A stretch of DNA of 64,000 nt from Mobula hypostoma (taxonomy: Eukaryota): positions 9,116,001 to 9,180,000 of the forward strand of contig NC_086109.1 in NCBI RefSeq assembly GCF_963921235.1, given 5' to 3'. A program made the translations under genes and the position numbers. Below the pieces are notes generated by a model. It was given only the letters and a program-made list of their open reading frames with translations, had not been told where the DNA came from and made no database searches. Each line of letters opens with the position of its first letter. Position 1 is the first letter of the stretch. Shown here in pieces: positions 1 through 12,544 of the stretch.

Positions 1-44
1 GTGTGTTGCTTCAGGAATGGAATGATGCTAGATCATCGTCACCA

Positions 45-960
45 GAATCTGGTTTAATATCGTCTGCATGTGTCGTGGAATTTGTTAGTGGCAGCAGTAC
101 AATGTAATACATAACAATATAGAAAAATAAACAAATTACATTAAGTATATCTATATATATTCAATAGTGAAAAATAGTGCAAAAGCAGAAATAATAGAGT
201 GAGGTAGTGTTCATGGGTTCAATGTCCATTCAGAAATTGGATGGCAGAGGGGAAGAAGCGATTCCTGAATCGCTGAGTGTGTGCCTTCAGGCTCCTGTAC
301 CTCCCTCCTGATGGTAACAATGAGAAGAGGACATCTCCTGGATGCTGGGGGTCTTTAATAATGGATGCTGCCCTTCTGAGGCACCGCTCCTTGAAGATAT
401 TTTGGATACTACGGAGGCTAGTACACAAGATGGAGCTGACTAATTTTACAACTCTCTGTAGTGTCTTTCGATCCTGTGCAGTAGCCCCCAACCGCAACCT
501 CCCCACCTCTCCCCTGTACCAGACGGTGATACAGCCGGTTAGAATGCTCTCCATTGTGCTGTGGTAAACCATGTATATAGGTTGTAACTGGGTTACCTGT
601 CTGGACAGGCCCCTCTGCTGACTGCTCCTGTGGCTCCCCCCACAGATCCCTGAATAAAGGCGATTGCGCCATTGCTCCTCCCTCAGTCCAGGACAGACAC
701 AGCATGGACGAGGACCCATTTTACTGTTAATAAAAGCCTTTCAGTATTTACTCTACTTCCAGTCTTTTGGAGTAATTGATAGTGCATCAGTAGAAGTCTT
801 TGAGTGTTGTAGGTGACAAACCAAACTACCTCAAACTCCTAATGAAATATAGCCATTATCCTGCCTTCCAGCTTGGAGACTCAGGAACTTGAAATTGCTC
901 ACCTTCTCCACTTCTGATCCCTCCGTGAGGATTTGTATGTGTTCCTTCATCTTACCCTTT
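45..960 (-). mobile_element. Rex1/Babar LINE 3' fragment, interrupted at about 560-788 by a short LTR-like insert
   Basis: ESILTGCITVWY...LQRVVK...[38 protein letters not shown]. Confidence 0.8.
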
Positions 961-2245
961 CATCCCCATCATGGGGGTGGGGAGAGTGATAGGTGAGACT
1001 AAGTGAAGGGGAAGGTGGGTGGAAGGGTGGATCAACCTTATTCACGATATACAGTACTTTGCAAAAGTCTGAGGCTCGTATACAGTCAGGCCGTCTAAGA
1101 CTTTTGCACAATGCGGAGCGGGAGCGAGTTTGTAAATCTGACAGGAGCAAAGTTTGTTGGGAGTGTCAAGGGTGGAGTTCTGTGAGAAGGGTGTGGGGAC
1201 AGGTGGCAGAGGAGGGGTGCCTGGGGCGGTGGGGGTGGTGCAGGTGCAAACACACCCAGCCCTGAGACACCAGGCAAGCTCATTTGATTACCAATAATTG
1301 ATTTATTGATCATTACAGGATGCCTCTCTGGTGCTTCCCGCCCCCTCCCTTCCCAGTGTTTTGTTGGCCAGGGTGCAACACGCAACACCCAGCAATTGTA
1401 AGGTATAAAGATTGTATGAGAAATTAAAGTGCAGATATGGAACAAAATGTGCGTTTATAGATAAATACCAGCATGTAAACAGCGTTATAAAGTGGTTAGC
1501 ACAACGCTATTACAGTTTGGAACATCAGAAGTATTGGCATCCTCTGTAAGGAGTCTCTGGACGTCCTTCCCATGGATTGCGTGTGTTTCCTCTGGGTGCC
1601 CTGGTTTCCTCTCAAAGTCCAGGTAGGTTAATTGGTCATTGTAAATTGTCCCTATGATTAAGTAAGGGTTAAATTGTCGGGGGGTGGCTGGGCAGTGTGG
1701 TCTCAAAGGGCCTATTCTGCATTGCGTTTCTACATGAACTTGACAAGTGGTTTAAAGTGATTACAGTGCAGTGACAAGGGTAATAGATCAAGGGGGTTGG
1801 GGAGGGCTAACCAGAATGGTTGATCAGATTAGCTGCCTGTGGCGTGAAGTTCTTGTTTTAATGGCCCTTGCAGTCTCTGGTGTCTCGGTGGTTTTATTGA
1901 AGTTCTCAGCTTTTACAAGTGAACTTGTGGAGGGAGAAATTGTTCCTGTTGGATGCATTACGTGGTCGGGAGACAATCCCCGTGGGATTGAAACTCAGAA
2001 TACTTCGCCAGACAGGAAGAATTTGGAATTCTCTTGGAAACAAATAGTACGTGTACACCTCAGACAAATATTATGTGGAGATTTGTGACAAATAAGATTA
2101 TATGATATATATGTACAGGATCTGAAATACATCTTATGGAAATGTTTGATGATGAAATTCACTAAAAAATGAATTACAAAAAAACCAGTTGAATGTTAAG
2201 AGACACAAGGGATTCTGCAGATACAGGAAATCTGAGCACATAGAC

Positions 2246-3562
2246 AAAATGCTGCATGAACTCAGCAGGTCAGGCAGCATCTATGGAGAAGAATAAAGAG
2301 TTGGGATTATAGGCTGAGACCCTTTATCAGGAGATGGTTTATTCCTCTCTGTAGATCCTCCCTGACCTGCTGAGTTCTTCCAGTATCTTGCTTGTGTGTG
2401 TTCCTCTGGATTTCAGCATTTGCAGAATTTCTTGTGTTTACTAGTCGTTCCAAGGGTTCCAAAGAGAAGCTTGCAGAGGGGACAATGCAACCATTCGATC
2501 CTGATCTACCATTCGGTGTCATCTCGTCGTCTGTTTCCATCAGGGCAGGCAGGTCATCTTCTTCTACGTCTGCCTGCCTCGATGTAGACAGAGAGATAAC
2601 TAAGTAAGCAAGCAAGGAAAGTGATTGGAGGAATGTACAGGATTGGAGGAACTCCCTACTAGGGATAGTGGCAAAGGCAGGTACATCAGGTTAATTGAAG
2701 ACTCTTAGACAGACACATGGAGGGCTGAGCAGGAAGGAAAGGATAGATTGATCTTAGGGTAGGTTAAGGGGTCAGCACAACATTATGGGCCAAAGGGCCT
2801 GAACTGTGCTGTAGTGTTCTACATTTACATTCCATTTCACATTAAGTGATTCAAAATCGACTAAACCCTTACTAAACCCTTCCAACAGAGCATCACCAAA
2901 TTCACTGGGTCGTTACTAATCCAGAGATCTGCGCCAACATCGCGACTTCTGGTAATTGGGTTAATTAGTAATGAGTCACCATTAGCTTCAATGTGCTGGA
3001 GATGCTGTATGTACCGTGATTAGCAAGTGTGGATCGTGTCACTGGTTGCATTAGATTTATTTTTAGATGATGCTATCATTCTAATAAATTGCTTTCTGTC
3101 CTGAGGAGTGCTTGCCAAACTTTTAAGTTGTTCTAACACACATACACACAATTCGCTGGAGGAGCTCAGCAGGCCAGGCAGCATCTATGGAGGGGAATAA
3201 GCAGTCGACATTTCGGGCCGAGACCCTTCATCGGGGTTTATGTTGGAATGTTAATTTTGAATTAAAGATTTTCGATTTAGCTTTCAAGGGTTGTGCTCAC
3301 AGAATCGGAAGGAATGTCACCGAATGGTAGATCAGGATCGAATGGTTGCATTGTCCCCTCTGCAAGCTTCTCTTTGGAACCCTTGGAACGACTAGTAAAC
3401 ACAAGAAATTCTGCAAATGCTGAAATCCAGAGGAACACATACAAGCAAGATACTGGAAGAACTCAGCAGGTCAGGGAGGATAAAGGGTCTCAGCCTATAA
3501 TCCCAACTCTTTATTCTTCTCCATAGATGCTGCCTGACCTGCTGAGTTCATGCAGCATTTTT
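2246..3562. repeat. Inverted duplication: 2246-2518 and reverse complement at about 3318-3562
   Basis: Near-identical arms; the same peptide PNGRSGSNGCIVPSASFSLEPLERLVNTRN appears on opposite strands; 29-bp deletion in the second arm. Confidence 0.92.
2445..2603 (+). CDS. Candidate upstream exon, possibly of the periphilin-like gene
   Basis: tttactag acceptor and AA|gtaagc donor; 159 nt open in one frame (RSKGSKEKLAEG...SSSSTSA...), phase 2-2; no homology recognised. Confidence 0.3.
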
Positions 3563-4863
3563 TTTTTAACGAGGCCGAGTTGCTAGTTCGACGCTCAGCC
3601 CAGCACGAATGAGAAGTATTCAAGGACCCAGTGGGATTCGAACCCGAGACCATTCGCCTTGAAGTCCGGTGCGGATATCACCTCATCGCCGGCAGGCTTC
3701 TCTGGGGTAAAGCCGCAGAGTTAAGCTGAGTCTCTCACATACGTGGCTGGCTCTTCGCAAGGCCCATTTGACAATTCCTCTCTTCAATTTGCATTATATT
3801 ATTTTTGAAATTGTCACGTTCTCAGGCTCCTAGCCTTCAGTTTTTATGAAGTAGATTCCTAGCTCATTATGGCTCTCTTCCCAGGGAGCCCCAGATATTC
3901 TCAGTCCGTTGCGTCTATGGCTACCTTCTGCTTCCTGCTCCGGTTCTCCTGTCAGGACAATTTCACGGCTGGTTGCTAACTTATTTCTGCCATCTCTCGG
4001 ATGTAATGTTGTTCCTTAAGGACCCTCACCATCTGGGACAAGCCCTCTCCTCATTACCACCACCAAGAAGGAAGTACAGGAGCCTGAAGACCCACACTCA
4101 ATGATTTAGGAATAGTTTCTTCCCCTCTGCCGTCAGATTCCCGAACTCCTGGTACTTTTTTCTCTGCACTATTTATTTGATTTGGTACTTATAATAATTT
4201 TATGTCTTTACACAGTACTGCCGCCGCAAAAGAACAGAGTGTTACACACTGGCTAGCCTGATTCTGATTTTGATTGATTGAAGCTGTCATGCCTGTCTTT
4301 ATCCAGGAGGAGCACTGCCTTTACACTAGCTTGTCCTACGTGATGTGGTGTTTAACTGTGTGCTTCTCCTGTTCCGCCCTTGTCCAGACTCTGCTCCCCA
4401 TGTCCCACCACGGACCACGTTCTGCCCAATAACCCACTCAGTTTTACAAAGCAAAAAAGCCTCTAGGGCCTGTGTTGTGGAGAGGGGCTGCACAGCACAG
4501 AAACAGGCCCCTCGGGCCAACTGGTTCAAACCGATTCAAGCATCCTCCCTGCTGGTGTTAATGTTCAAACAACAAAGACAAGATTTCCTTTCATTTTAAC
4601 AACTTTACTTTCTCTATCCATGTTTAGTACACAATCCCGCCATTTTCTTACCCACAATTCCCCCACCACCTTCATGCACATGCCCATAAATGGGAAATTG
4701 TGCATCCCAACTAAACGCTTACATTGCCCAAATGAACAGAGCTCAACAGCTGGTCCCACTTTCCCATCATATCCCTCCATTATCCAAATGACCTCTTAAA
4801 TGTCACAATAGTACCTATCTCGACCACTTCCTCTGGCATCTGACTCTCTACCCTGCGTGTATA

Positions 4864-5491
4864 TGTAACTCTCAGTTCGACTAGCAGCTTAATCTAAGGG
4901 ATGACAGCCTCCGGCCCGGCCAAACTGAAGAAATTTCGTTTGGGTGGATGCTGCGCCATGTATCCCCTGTTACAGACAGTACAGAGTATGCGATTAAACG
5001 ATTGGGCTTTATATTTCTTAATTTGATTGAATGGTTAGTAAAGAAACAAAAAAAAAGGGGTCCATTCTCATGAAACTTGTCTAATGCGCAAAGTTGGAGC
5101 TCACTGACAAGGTCTTTGTCTACCATCGATGACCTCTGATCATCGCTGACCCTCGGACCCTCGCTCCGTCCACTCCATCGGGCGGTCTACCGACTCTCCA
5201 TTCACGTCTTCTCTCCTCATCTCTCCCTGGCAAAAGACCGCGAAATCACTGCTCCCAGACACACAAGAAAGAACAACATCCCACTCATTGGCTAACATGC
5301 CCCGTTATCTCTAGTCAGAACCCAAACATTGCTGCTATAGAAGAAACAATTCCCCCAGCAGTGGAACATTACAGAAAAGCCATGACGTTAGCCTCAGCAG
5401 TGAAACCTTACAGAGAAGCCATGACATTAGCCTTAGTGAAACCTTACAGAGAGGCCATTACATTAGCGGTGAAACCTTACCGCGTGTTACG
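4864..5491. mobile_element. Solo LTR
   Basis: TGTAAC...GTTACG termini, 4-bp TSD TATA, internal short tandem repeats near 5350-5480. Confidence 0.7.
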
Positions 5492-5509
5492 TATAGATGT
5501 CACATCTCG

Positions 5510-6712
5510 TGGGGGTGGCATGGTAGCGTAGTGGTTAGCACACCGCTTTACAGTACAGGTGACCGGGGTTTGATTCCTGCCGCTGCCTGTAAGGAGTTTG
5601 TACACTCTCCCCGTCACCACTTGGGTTTCCTCCGGGTGCTCTGGTTTCCTCAAAGTTCAAAGTACATTTATTATCAAAGTGGGTATACCTTATACAACCT
5701 TGAGATTTGTCTCCTTACAGGCAGCCATGAAACAAAGAAACCCAAAATAACCCATGTATTTAAAAAAAGAGAGACCACTGAATACTCAGTGTGCAGAGAG
5801 AAAAAGAAACACATTATGCAAGCTAATAGTGATCTGAACAGAAGTCTGCAAAGAGAGTCTCGTGGTCCCAAACAACAGGAATTATGCAGATGCTGGAAAT
5901 TCAAGCAACACACATCAAAGTTGCTGGTGAATGCAGCAGGCCAGGCAGCATCTTTAGGAAGAGGTACAGTCGACGCTTCAGGCCGAGACCCTGGAGATGC
6001 TGCCTGGCCTGCTGTGTTCCCCAGCGGCTTTGATGTGTGTTGCTTGTGGTCCCATTGTTCAGCGCAGAGCCGGGTCACAGAGCAGTGATCTGAACCGGCT
6101 CGTCTCTCACCTCGGGCCCTGATACCCTGACCTTTTCGTTCTGGCCCAGCGCCCAAATCATCGTCCAGACAGCAGGTTCAATCGTCTCGGTAGGATGGGG
6201 GACCTGGACGCCACTGCCTCGATTCAGCCTGTAACCGACCTCTCTGATTTGGCATGGTGCTCAAGTGTCCGACTGGACGTCAAGTTCAGTCGAATCGGTA
6301 TGCTCTGGAGCCTGGACATTGTCACCTCGATTTGGCCTTTGGCATGGTGCCTAAAATGATCGAACCTTGGGTCTCCTTCGCTGTCAGCGACAAGTCCGCT
6401 GCCTCACCTCGGTTCTGCCGCATTGCCTTCTAGTCCACAGGGGAGTTACAGACCATCACTTGCGATGGCCGTTTGCCAGGAAAAGTGTGATTGATAAGTT
6501 ATTTGGTTGTTTTCCTTGTTTCGTTAGCCACCAGCCAGCAATCGCTGAGACAAAACGAGAGTGGTCACAGTCCAAAGACGTACTGGTTGGTAGGTTAATT
6601 GGTCATTGTAAATTGTCCCGTGATTAGGCCGGAGTTAAATTGGGGGATTGCTGGAATGCGTGGCTCGAAGGGCTGGAAGAGCCTATTCAGCGCTCTATCT
6701 TAATAAATAAAA
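5510..6712 (+). mobile_element. tRNA-derived V-SINE split by an insertion of about 0.9 kb (5652-6565)
   Basis: tRNA-like head plus TGTAAGGAGTTTGTAC...GGGTTTCCTCCGGGTGCTC core, resuming at CACAGTCCAAAGACGTAC. Other copies at about 1495, 19775, 30365, 41125, 44477, 45300(-), 49135, 56975(-), 58040. Confidence 0.75.
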
Positions 6713-6889
6713 ATTAGATGACCTTTAATCTTATCAAATGCCAGGGTAGGTACTAATCTGGACCTTGGATAGATCAGTCAGGACCTTATCGAGAGGCAGG
6801 GCAGGTTTGAGGGGCTGATTCAATACATACATCGAGACTTGGCCTCAAATGTCGACTGTCTATTCCCCTCCATGGATGCTGCCTGATCT

Positions 6890-7530
6890 CCTGAGAACAC
6901 AGACCAGTACTGCACAGGAACAGGCCCTTCGGCCCACAATGTTGTGCTGACCCAGCTAAAGTAATTCAAAACCACCTCCCCCAAAAGACTAATCCCTCCT
7001 ATGTACACAATGTCCATCAGCCTCCATCTTCCTCACGTTCTCGTGCCTGTCCAAACGTCTTTTAAAAGCCTCTAATGTATTTGTCTTTACCAGTGCATTC
7101 CGGGCATCCAGCACTCTCTGAGTAAAACACTTACCCCTCACATTCCCTTTGAACCTACCCCCTCTTACCTTCAACTCATGCCCACTGGTATTAGACATCT
7201 CAACCCTGGGAAACAGATACTCCCTGTCTACTCCATCTGTGCCTCTTGTAATCTTATACACCTCCAGCAGATCTCCCCTCAGCCTCTGGCACTCCTGAGA
7301 AGACAACTCAAGTTTGTCTCGCCTCTCGTGATGGTACATGCCCTCTAAACCAGACAGCATCCTGGTAAACCCCTTCAGTACATTCACCAAAGCCTCAACA
7401 TCCTCCCTATAGCGGGACAAACAGAACTGTGTGCAATACTCCAGATGTGGCCTAACCATAAAGTTGCATCATAACCTCTGGCATTTTGAACTCTGTGCCT
7501 CGACTAATAAAAGCAGGTATTCCATAAACC
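6890..7530 (-). mobile_element. CR1-clade LINE 3' fragment
   Basis: VRPHLEYC...RLRGDLLEVYKI...FTQRV..AFKRRLDRH. Confidence 0.88.
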
Positions 7531-7949
7531 ACCTCAATCATCCTACTGACCCATGGAGCCACTTTCACCAACTTTTTGTGTGTGTTGTTCTGGATTTCCA
7601 TCATCTGCAGAATCTCTTGTGTTTATGATCGAGGGGCTGAGTGGTCTGTTTCTGCTGCATGGTTTTTGTGGTCCCGTGTGTGAGGATTTAAGAAGAGGAG
7701 AAAACCGACCCAAGTATGAATGGTAACAGAGCCCAGGTGGGTAATAAAGTTCCTGCAGCTCAGTTTTCACTTTGCAATCATCGCTGTCCCTCTGTGCAGA
7801 CTTGGTCGGAGATCTGTGTTTACCTTCTGCAAACTTCAGAATGGTGGGGGGTCGGTCACTCCCGCGGCAGTAACGACCCACATTGCCCCGAGGAAGGCTT
7901 CCTTCTGCTCCGTTGCACAAGCTGATTTCACCCTGTTGGTGATTTTTAG

Positions 7950-8075
7950 GGGGCTGACTCCATGCTGGACAAGGCGAAGACTCGAGGAGACGCAGGTGAA
8001 AATGGGAAAAAACACGAGCCTGGAGACAAGAGGCCGGTGAATCGCTTTCCCGCTAAAGGCGAGGAGATCGGTAAG
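7950..8075 (+). CDS. Periphilin-like internal exon (candidate)
   Basis: tttttag|[42 protein letters not shown]|gtgagt; 126 nt; only one open frame, phase 0-0. Confidence 0.55.
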
Positions 8076-11000
8076 GTGAGTTCATTTTAGTGATGTTCTG
8101 TTTTCTGTTTGGTGCTGTATAAACACATTGCTAGACCAGTGTGTTTGCTATAAAGCCCTGTTGGGGTATCAAAACAAAAACTTGAAATATTTTCTCCCGA
8201 GCAGTTAATCTGATCAACTATTCTATTAGAGCCCCCCCACCCCCTCTATCTATTACCACCATCACTGCACTGTAAGTACTTCTAACCACGTTTTATAATG
8301 CAGCCTACACCTCTGTGACCACTTTATTAGGTACACCTGCTTATCAATGCAAAGTCTTAATCAGCCAATCATGTGGCAGCAACTCACTGCATAAAAGCAT
8401 GCAGACATGGTCAACAGGTTCAGACCAAACAACAGAATGGGAAAGAAGTGTGATCTCAGTGACTTTGACCGCGGAGTGATTGTTCGTGCCAGACGGGGTG
8501 GTTCGAGTATCCTGGGGCAGGGAATGGTGCGAGAAACAAAAACAAACAACGTCCAGTGAGCGGTGGTCCTGTGGGCAAGAGTGTCTTGTTAATGAGAGAG
8601 GTCAGAGGAGAATGGCCAGACTGGTTCAAGCTGACAGGGAGGCGACAATAACTCAGGTAACCATGGTGTGCAAAAGAGCGTTTCTGAATGCACAGCATGT
8701 CGAACCTTGAAGCAGATGGGCTGCAGCAGCAGATGACCATGAACATACTCTCAGTGGCCACTTTGTTAGGTAGCGGACGTACTTGGTAAACGGGTCACTG
8801 AGGGTCTGTATTAGCATTTGTGTATTTGTGCACATTTTATTCCACGTCTGCCCTTTAACCTCAAACTTTATTTATTCTTCATAATTTGACAAAAGATGTT
8901 TTTTGTTGTACATTGAGCTCCGACCAACGCACTGCAGCAAGTTGTGTAAATGTAAAAGGCGAATAAAGTTGACCCGTCGATTGTCCTTGAAGGTTCTCAT
9001 GTATACGAGATACGGTGAGAAGCTCTAGTCTGCACGCCCGTCCCACACACCAGGCAGAAGTAAAACGGCTTGTTCTAGTTTGCTGACCATTCTATATTAA
9101 TATGAGGTTTCTTCCTTTTAAAAACCCCCGTGTCCAGTCTAGCTTCTGCAGTGGAACGTCGGAACGCTGCTTGTGTGGGGGCTTTGGATAAGGACGACCC
9201 TGAGCTTCGGCCCCAGTCTGACCTCTGACTTTGGGTACCTGTACACTTCCAGGAAAGGCTAAGGGCCAACCAGGCCCATTTCAGCCCTGAGGTGTGAATG
9301 GTATCAAGGTTAAGGTCAAAGTAATTGTATTATCGAAGTGTGTAAATGTCACTGTATACTGTACTACCCTGAGATTCATCTTCTTGCAGGCATTTACAGG
9401 AAAATAAAGAAATACAATTGAATTTATGAAAATCTATACATGACATGAGGCCTCCATCGGTTAGGGCCAACCATGATAGCTGTCTAGATACGCAAGCCGG
9501 TCCAGTACGATATGGAGAACAAGCTGTTGCCCATGTCAAGCTCCCTCTCACCATGCATCTGATAAGTACAAAGGAACGGCGGAGACTGATACAGTTTGGC
9601 ACCAGCAGCTTCACTGGAGTTGCCAGTCTGCGTTGAACTCAACGTAGGACTGCCTTAGGGACTCCAGCTCTGGAGTTTTCGCTTGTGTTTTACTCGCGAA
9701 GCCTTCCCCATGAATGGGTGTAGCCACGAGGCAGTGGAGGTTTGAGATCAGAGTTTTCCTTCTCCTTGATGAGCCCCATCTTCCAGAAGCGACTGGTTTT
9801 AAGGCGCCAGTAACCCACCTTTGCCCGTTCTCCTGCCAGTAGAAATGGTTCCACTGGGCTTAGTAGCTTAGTGGGACCTGAGGTTATTTGTCTTCCAGCG
9901 GCAAGAAGAGAGCGTGGCCTGGACGGTGGAGGCCCTTGTTAATGGATGCTGGTTTCTTGAGCCAGTGTTCCTTGTAAATGTGTTCAGCGGTCCTCAGTGG
10001 CGGGCTTTGGCTGTGATGGACTGGGCTGTATCCATCACTTTCTGTAGACTCTTCCATTCTTGTGTTTCCGTATCAGGCCGAGATGCAACCAGTTAGGGTA
10101 CTCTCCACTGAGCCTCTAGAGAAGTTCGTCAAAGTTTTAGACGACAAACCGAACTTAACGCAAACTTCTAAGAAAGTATGTGCTGTCACGTCGTCTTTGT
10201 CGTGGCACTTGCGTGCTGGTCTCAGGAAATGATAACGCTGAGGAATCTAAAGTTACTGACCCCCTCCACCTCGGAGCCCCTATGAGGACTGGCTCATGGA
10301 CCTCCGGCTTCTTCCTCCTGTAGTCGATAATCAGCTCCTTGGTTTTGCAGATGTAGAGTGCAATGTGGCACCATTCAACCAGATTTTCAATCTCCTTTTA
10401 GTTTGGGAAGTTAAAAGAAATAGCTGCGTTTAAGGGAGCACTGTATTCTTCTTGCCTTCTTGGACACCTGGAGCACAAGAGAGTGGTAGGTGGATATACT
10501 CTGATGTAGTTTCACCAAGTTTAAACTTCAAACGCGCAGTAAACCTCATAAAGGTTCACAACAGAGCCTCAGGCAGAGGATGATATGTAATCCTATTTTT
10601 AAAAAATCAGCCTATAAATCTGAAAGTTATATCCTGTATTTTGAAGAAAGGATGAAAGATCAAAGATCAACTTTATTTGCCAGATACGTTTACATGCATT
10701 AGGAATTTACTGTGGTGATTTGGCGTGACACATGCAACAAAAAAATCCAACAATTATAAAGAATAAGGAATTACATTACAAAAATAAACAGAAGTTAAAG
10801 TACAGATACGGAATGAAATGCACAAGGAAATGGCTGTCCTAATGACATACTTAAATGTAGTTAAATTCTTAATCTGGCCTGAAAAACTTCCAAATCTCAT
10901 TGAGAAGCAATCTGTTGGGATGAGAGAGAGGAGGCCTTTGAGATTCTCAGCATTTTCTTAAAGTTGTCATGCTTTTGTCATTTTGTTCAAAGTTCAAAGT

Positions 11001-12462
11001 AACTTTATTATCAAAGTACATATGTCACTGTACACGACCCTGAGATTCATTTTCTTGCGGGCATTCACAGAACACAGAAGTAGAACAGAATTAATGAAAA
11101 ACTACTCACAGAAAGACTGACAAGCAATCAATTTGCAAAATAATTTATGCAAATACTAATAATAATAACCAGGTTTAGAGTCAGAGCCCTACAAATTATA
11201 CTATGACCGCTCTATTATTACAGACAGGACAACCCATGATAACTGTCTGGATATAATATTACAAGATAAACAAGCAAGGACAACGTATTTAATAGATACA
11301 GACATTCTAAACACACACAACATACAGAAATCAGTAAGTGAAACACACCAGAAATATGCTGAATTAAAAGAGGAAATTGAAAGACTATGGAATATGAACA
11401 GGGTATACATTGTCCCGATAGTAATATTTACAACTGGTATCATCCCAAAGGCACTACACAATAGCATTAAACAATTAAGCCTACACAACAATATTTATGT
11501 AAAATTCCAGAAAGCCACAATACGAAACACCAGAAGAGTAGTCTCAAAGTTCCTAGCAATTGAGAAGTGACTCTGCTAGGCTGTGCCTGGACCTCAGGTT
11601 TTACCAGCTTGAGCTGAGAAAAAATAAACGAAAAATACTGAGAACATGAGTTGTAAAGTCCTTGAAAGTGAGCCTGTAGGTTGTGGAATCAGTTCAGCGT
11701 TGAGGTGAGTGAAGTTATCCACACTGGTTCAGGGGACTGATAATTATAAGGTGGTGTGGGACCTAGAGCTCCTCTACCTGACGGCAGCAGTGAGAAGAGA
11801 GAATGACCTGTGGATAGTGGGGTCCTTGATGATTGAGTGATGTTAAAATGATTTCTGCCTGCTCTCGAAACAGCTGTCAGAATAGCTCCCTCCACTTGCC
11901 TCTCAGTCAATGCTGGCAATTATCTGAGCAATGCAAATTAACATCGCCCATCTACACTCAAGGATACAGCTGAGGCTTCTGCAACATTTTCTCAGAATTT
12001 AACTCCTTTAGTCCTGGTGTCAAAAGTCCGTGCATACACAGTTAACCCTTACTTGCAGCAGCATCTCAGGCACGTAGCGTCACATAAGTATCATTCACAA
12101 GAAAAAAGAATAGAAAGTATACAGAAGTTTTTCAAGAATGAATATAAATAGAACAAAAAAGCAAGGCCCATTTTAGAGCAATGTGATCGAAGTGGACATA
12201 CTTTAGCTAAACTGTAGTGATTAGGGTAGTGAAGGTTTGTTCGAGAATCTAATAGTTGAAAGGAAGTTGCTGTTCTAGGCAGCTTCTTGGTGAATTTCTT
12301 CTGCAACTTGAGGATCCACTGGTAAATCTGAGTCAGCAGGGGAGGGTGAGGGCTGAATGGCCTTGCTTCTGTTCCTTGTGCTCTTCTGAAATGCGGTGCA
12401 AGGGTGGTAATGGGTAGATTATCTGTTTTGTGCTGTGTGTGGGTGATGAGTCTAAATTTCAT

Positions 12463-12544
<82 letters not shown>

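Noticed and set aside
1910..2046. Possible exon (FTSELVEGEIV...SWKQI)
   Set aside because: Weak donor, and its phase does not join the next candidate exon; unresolved without RNA data
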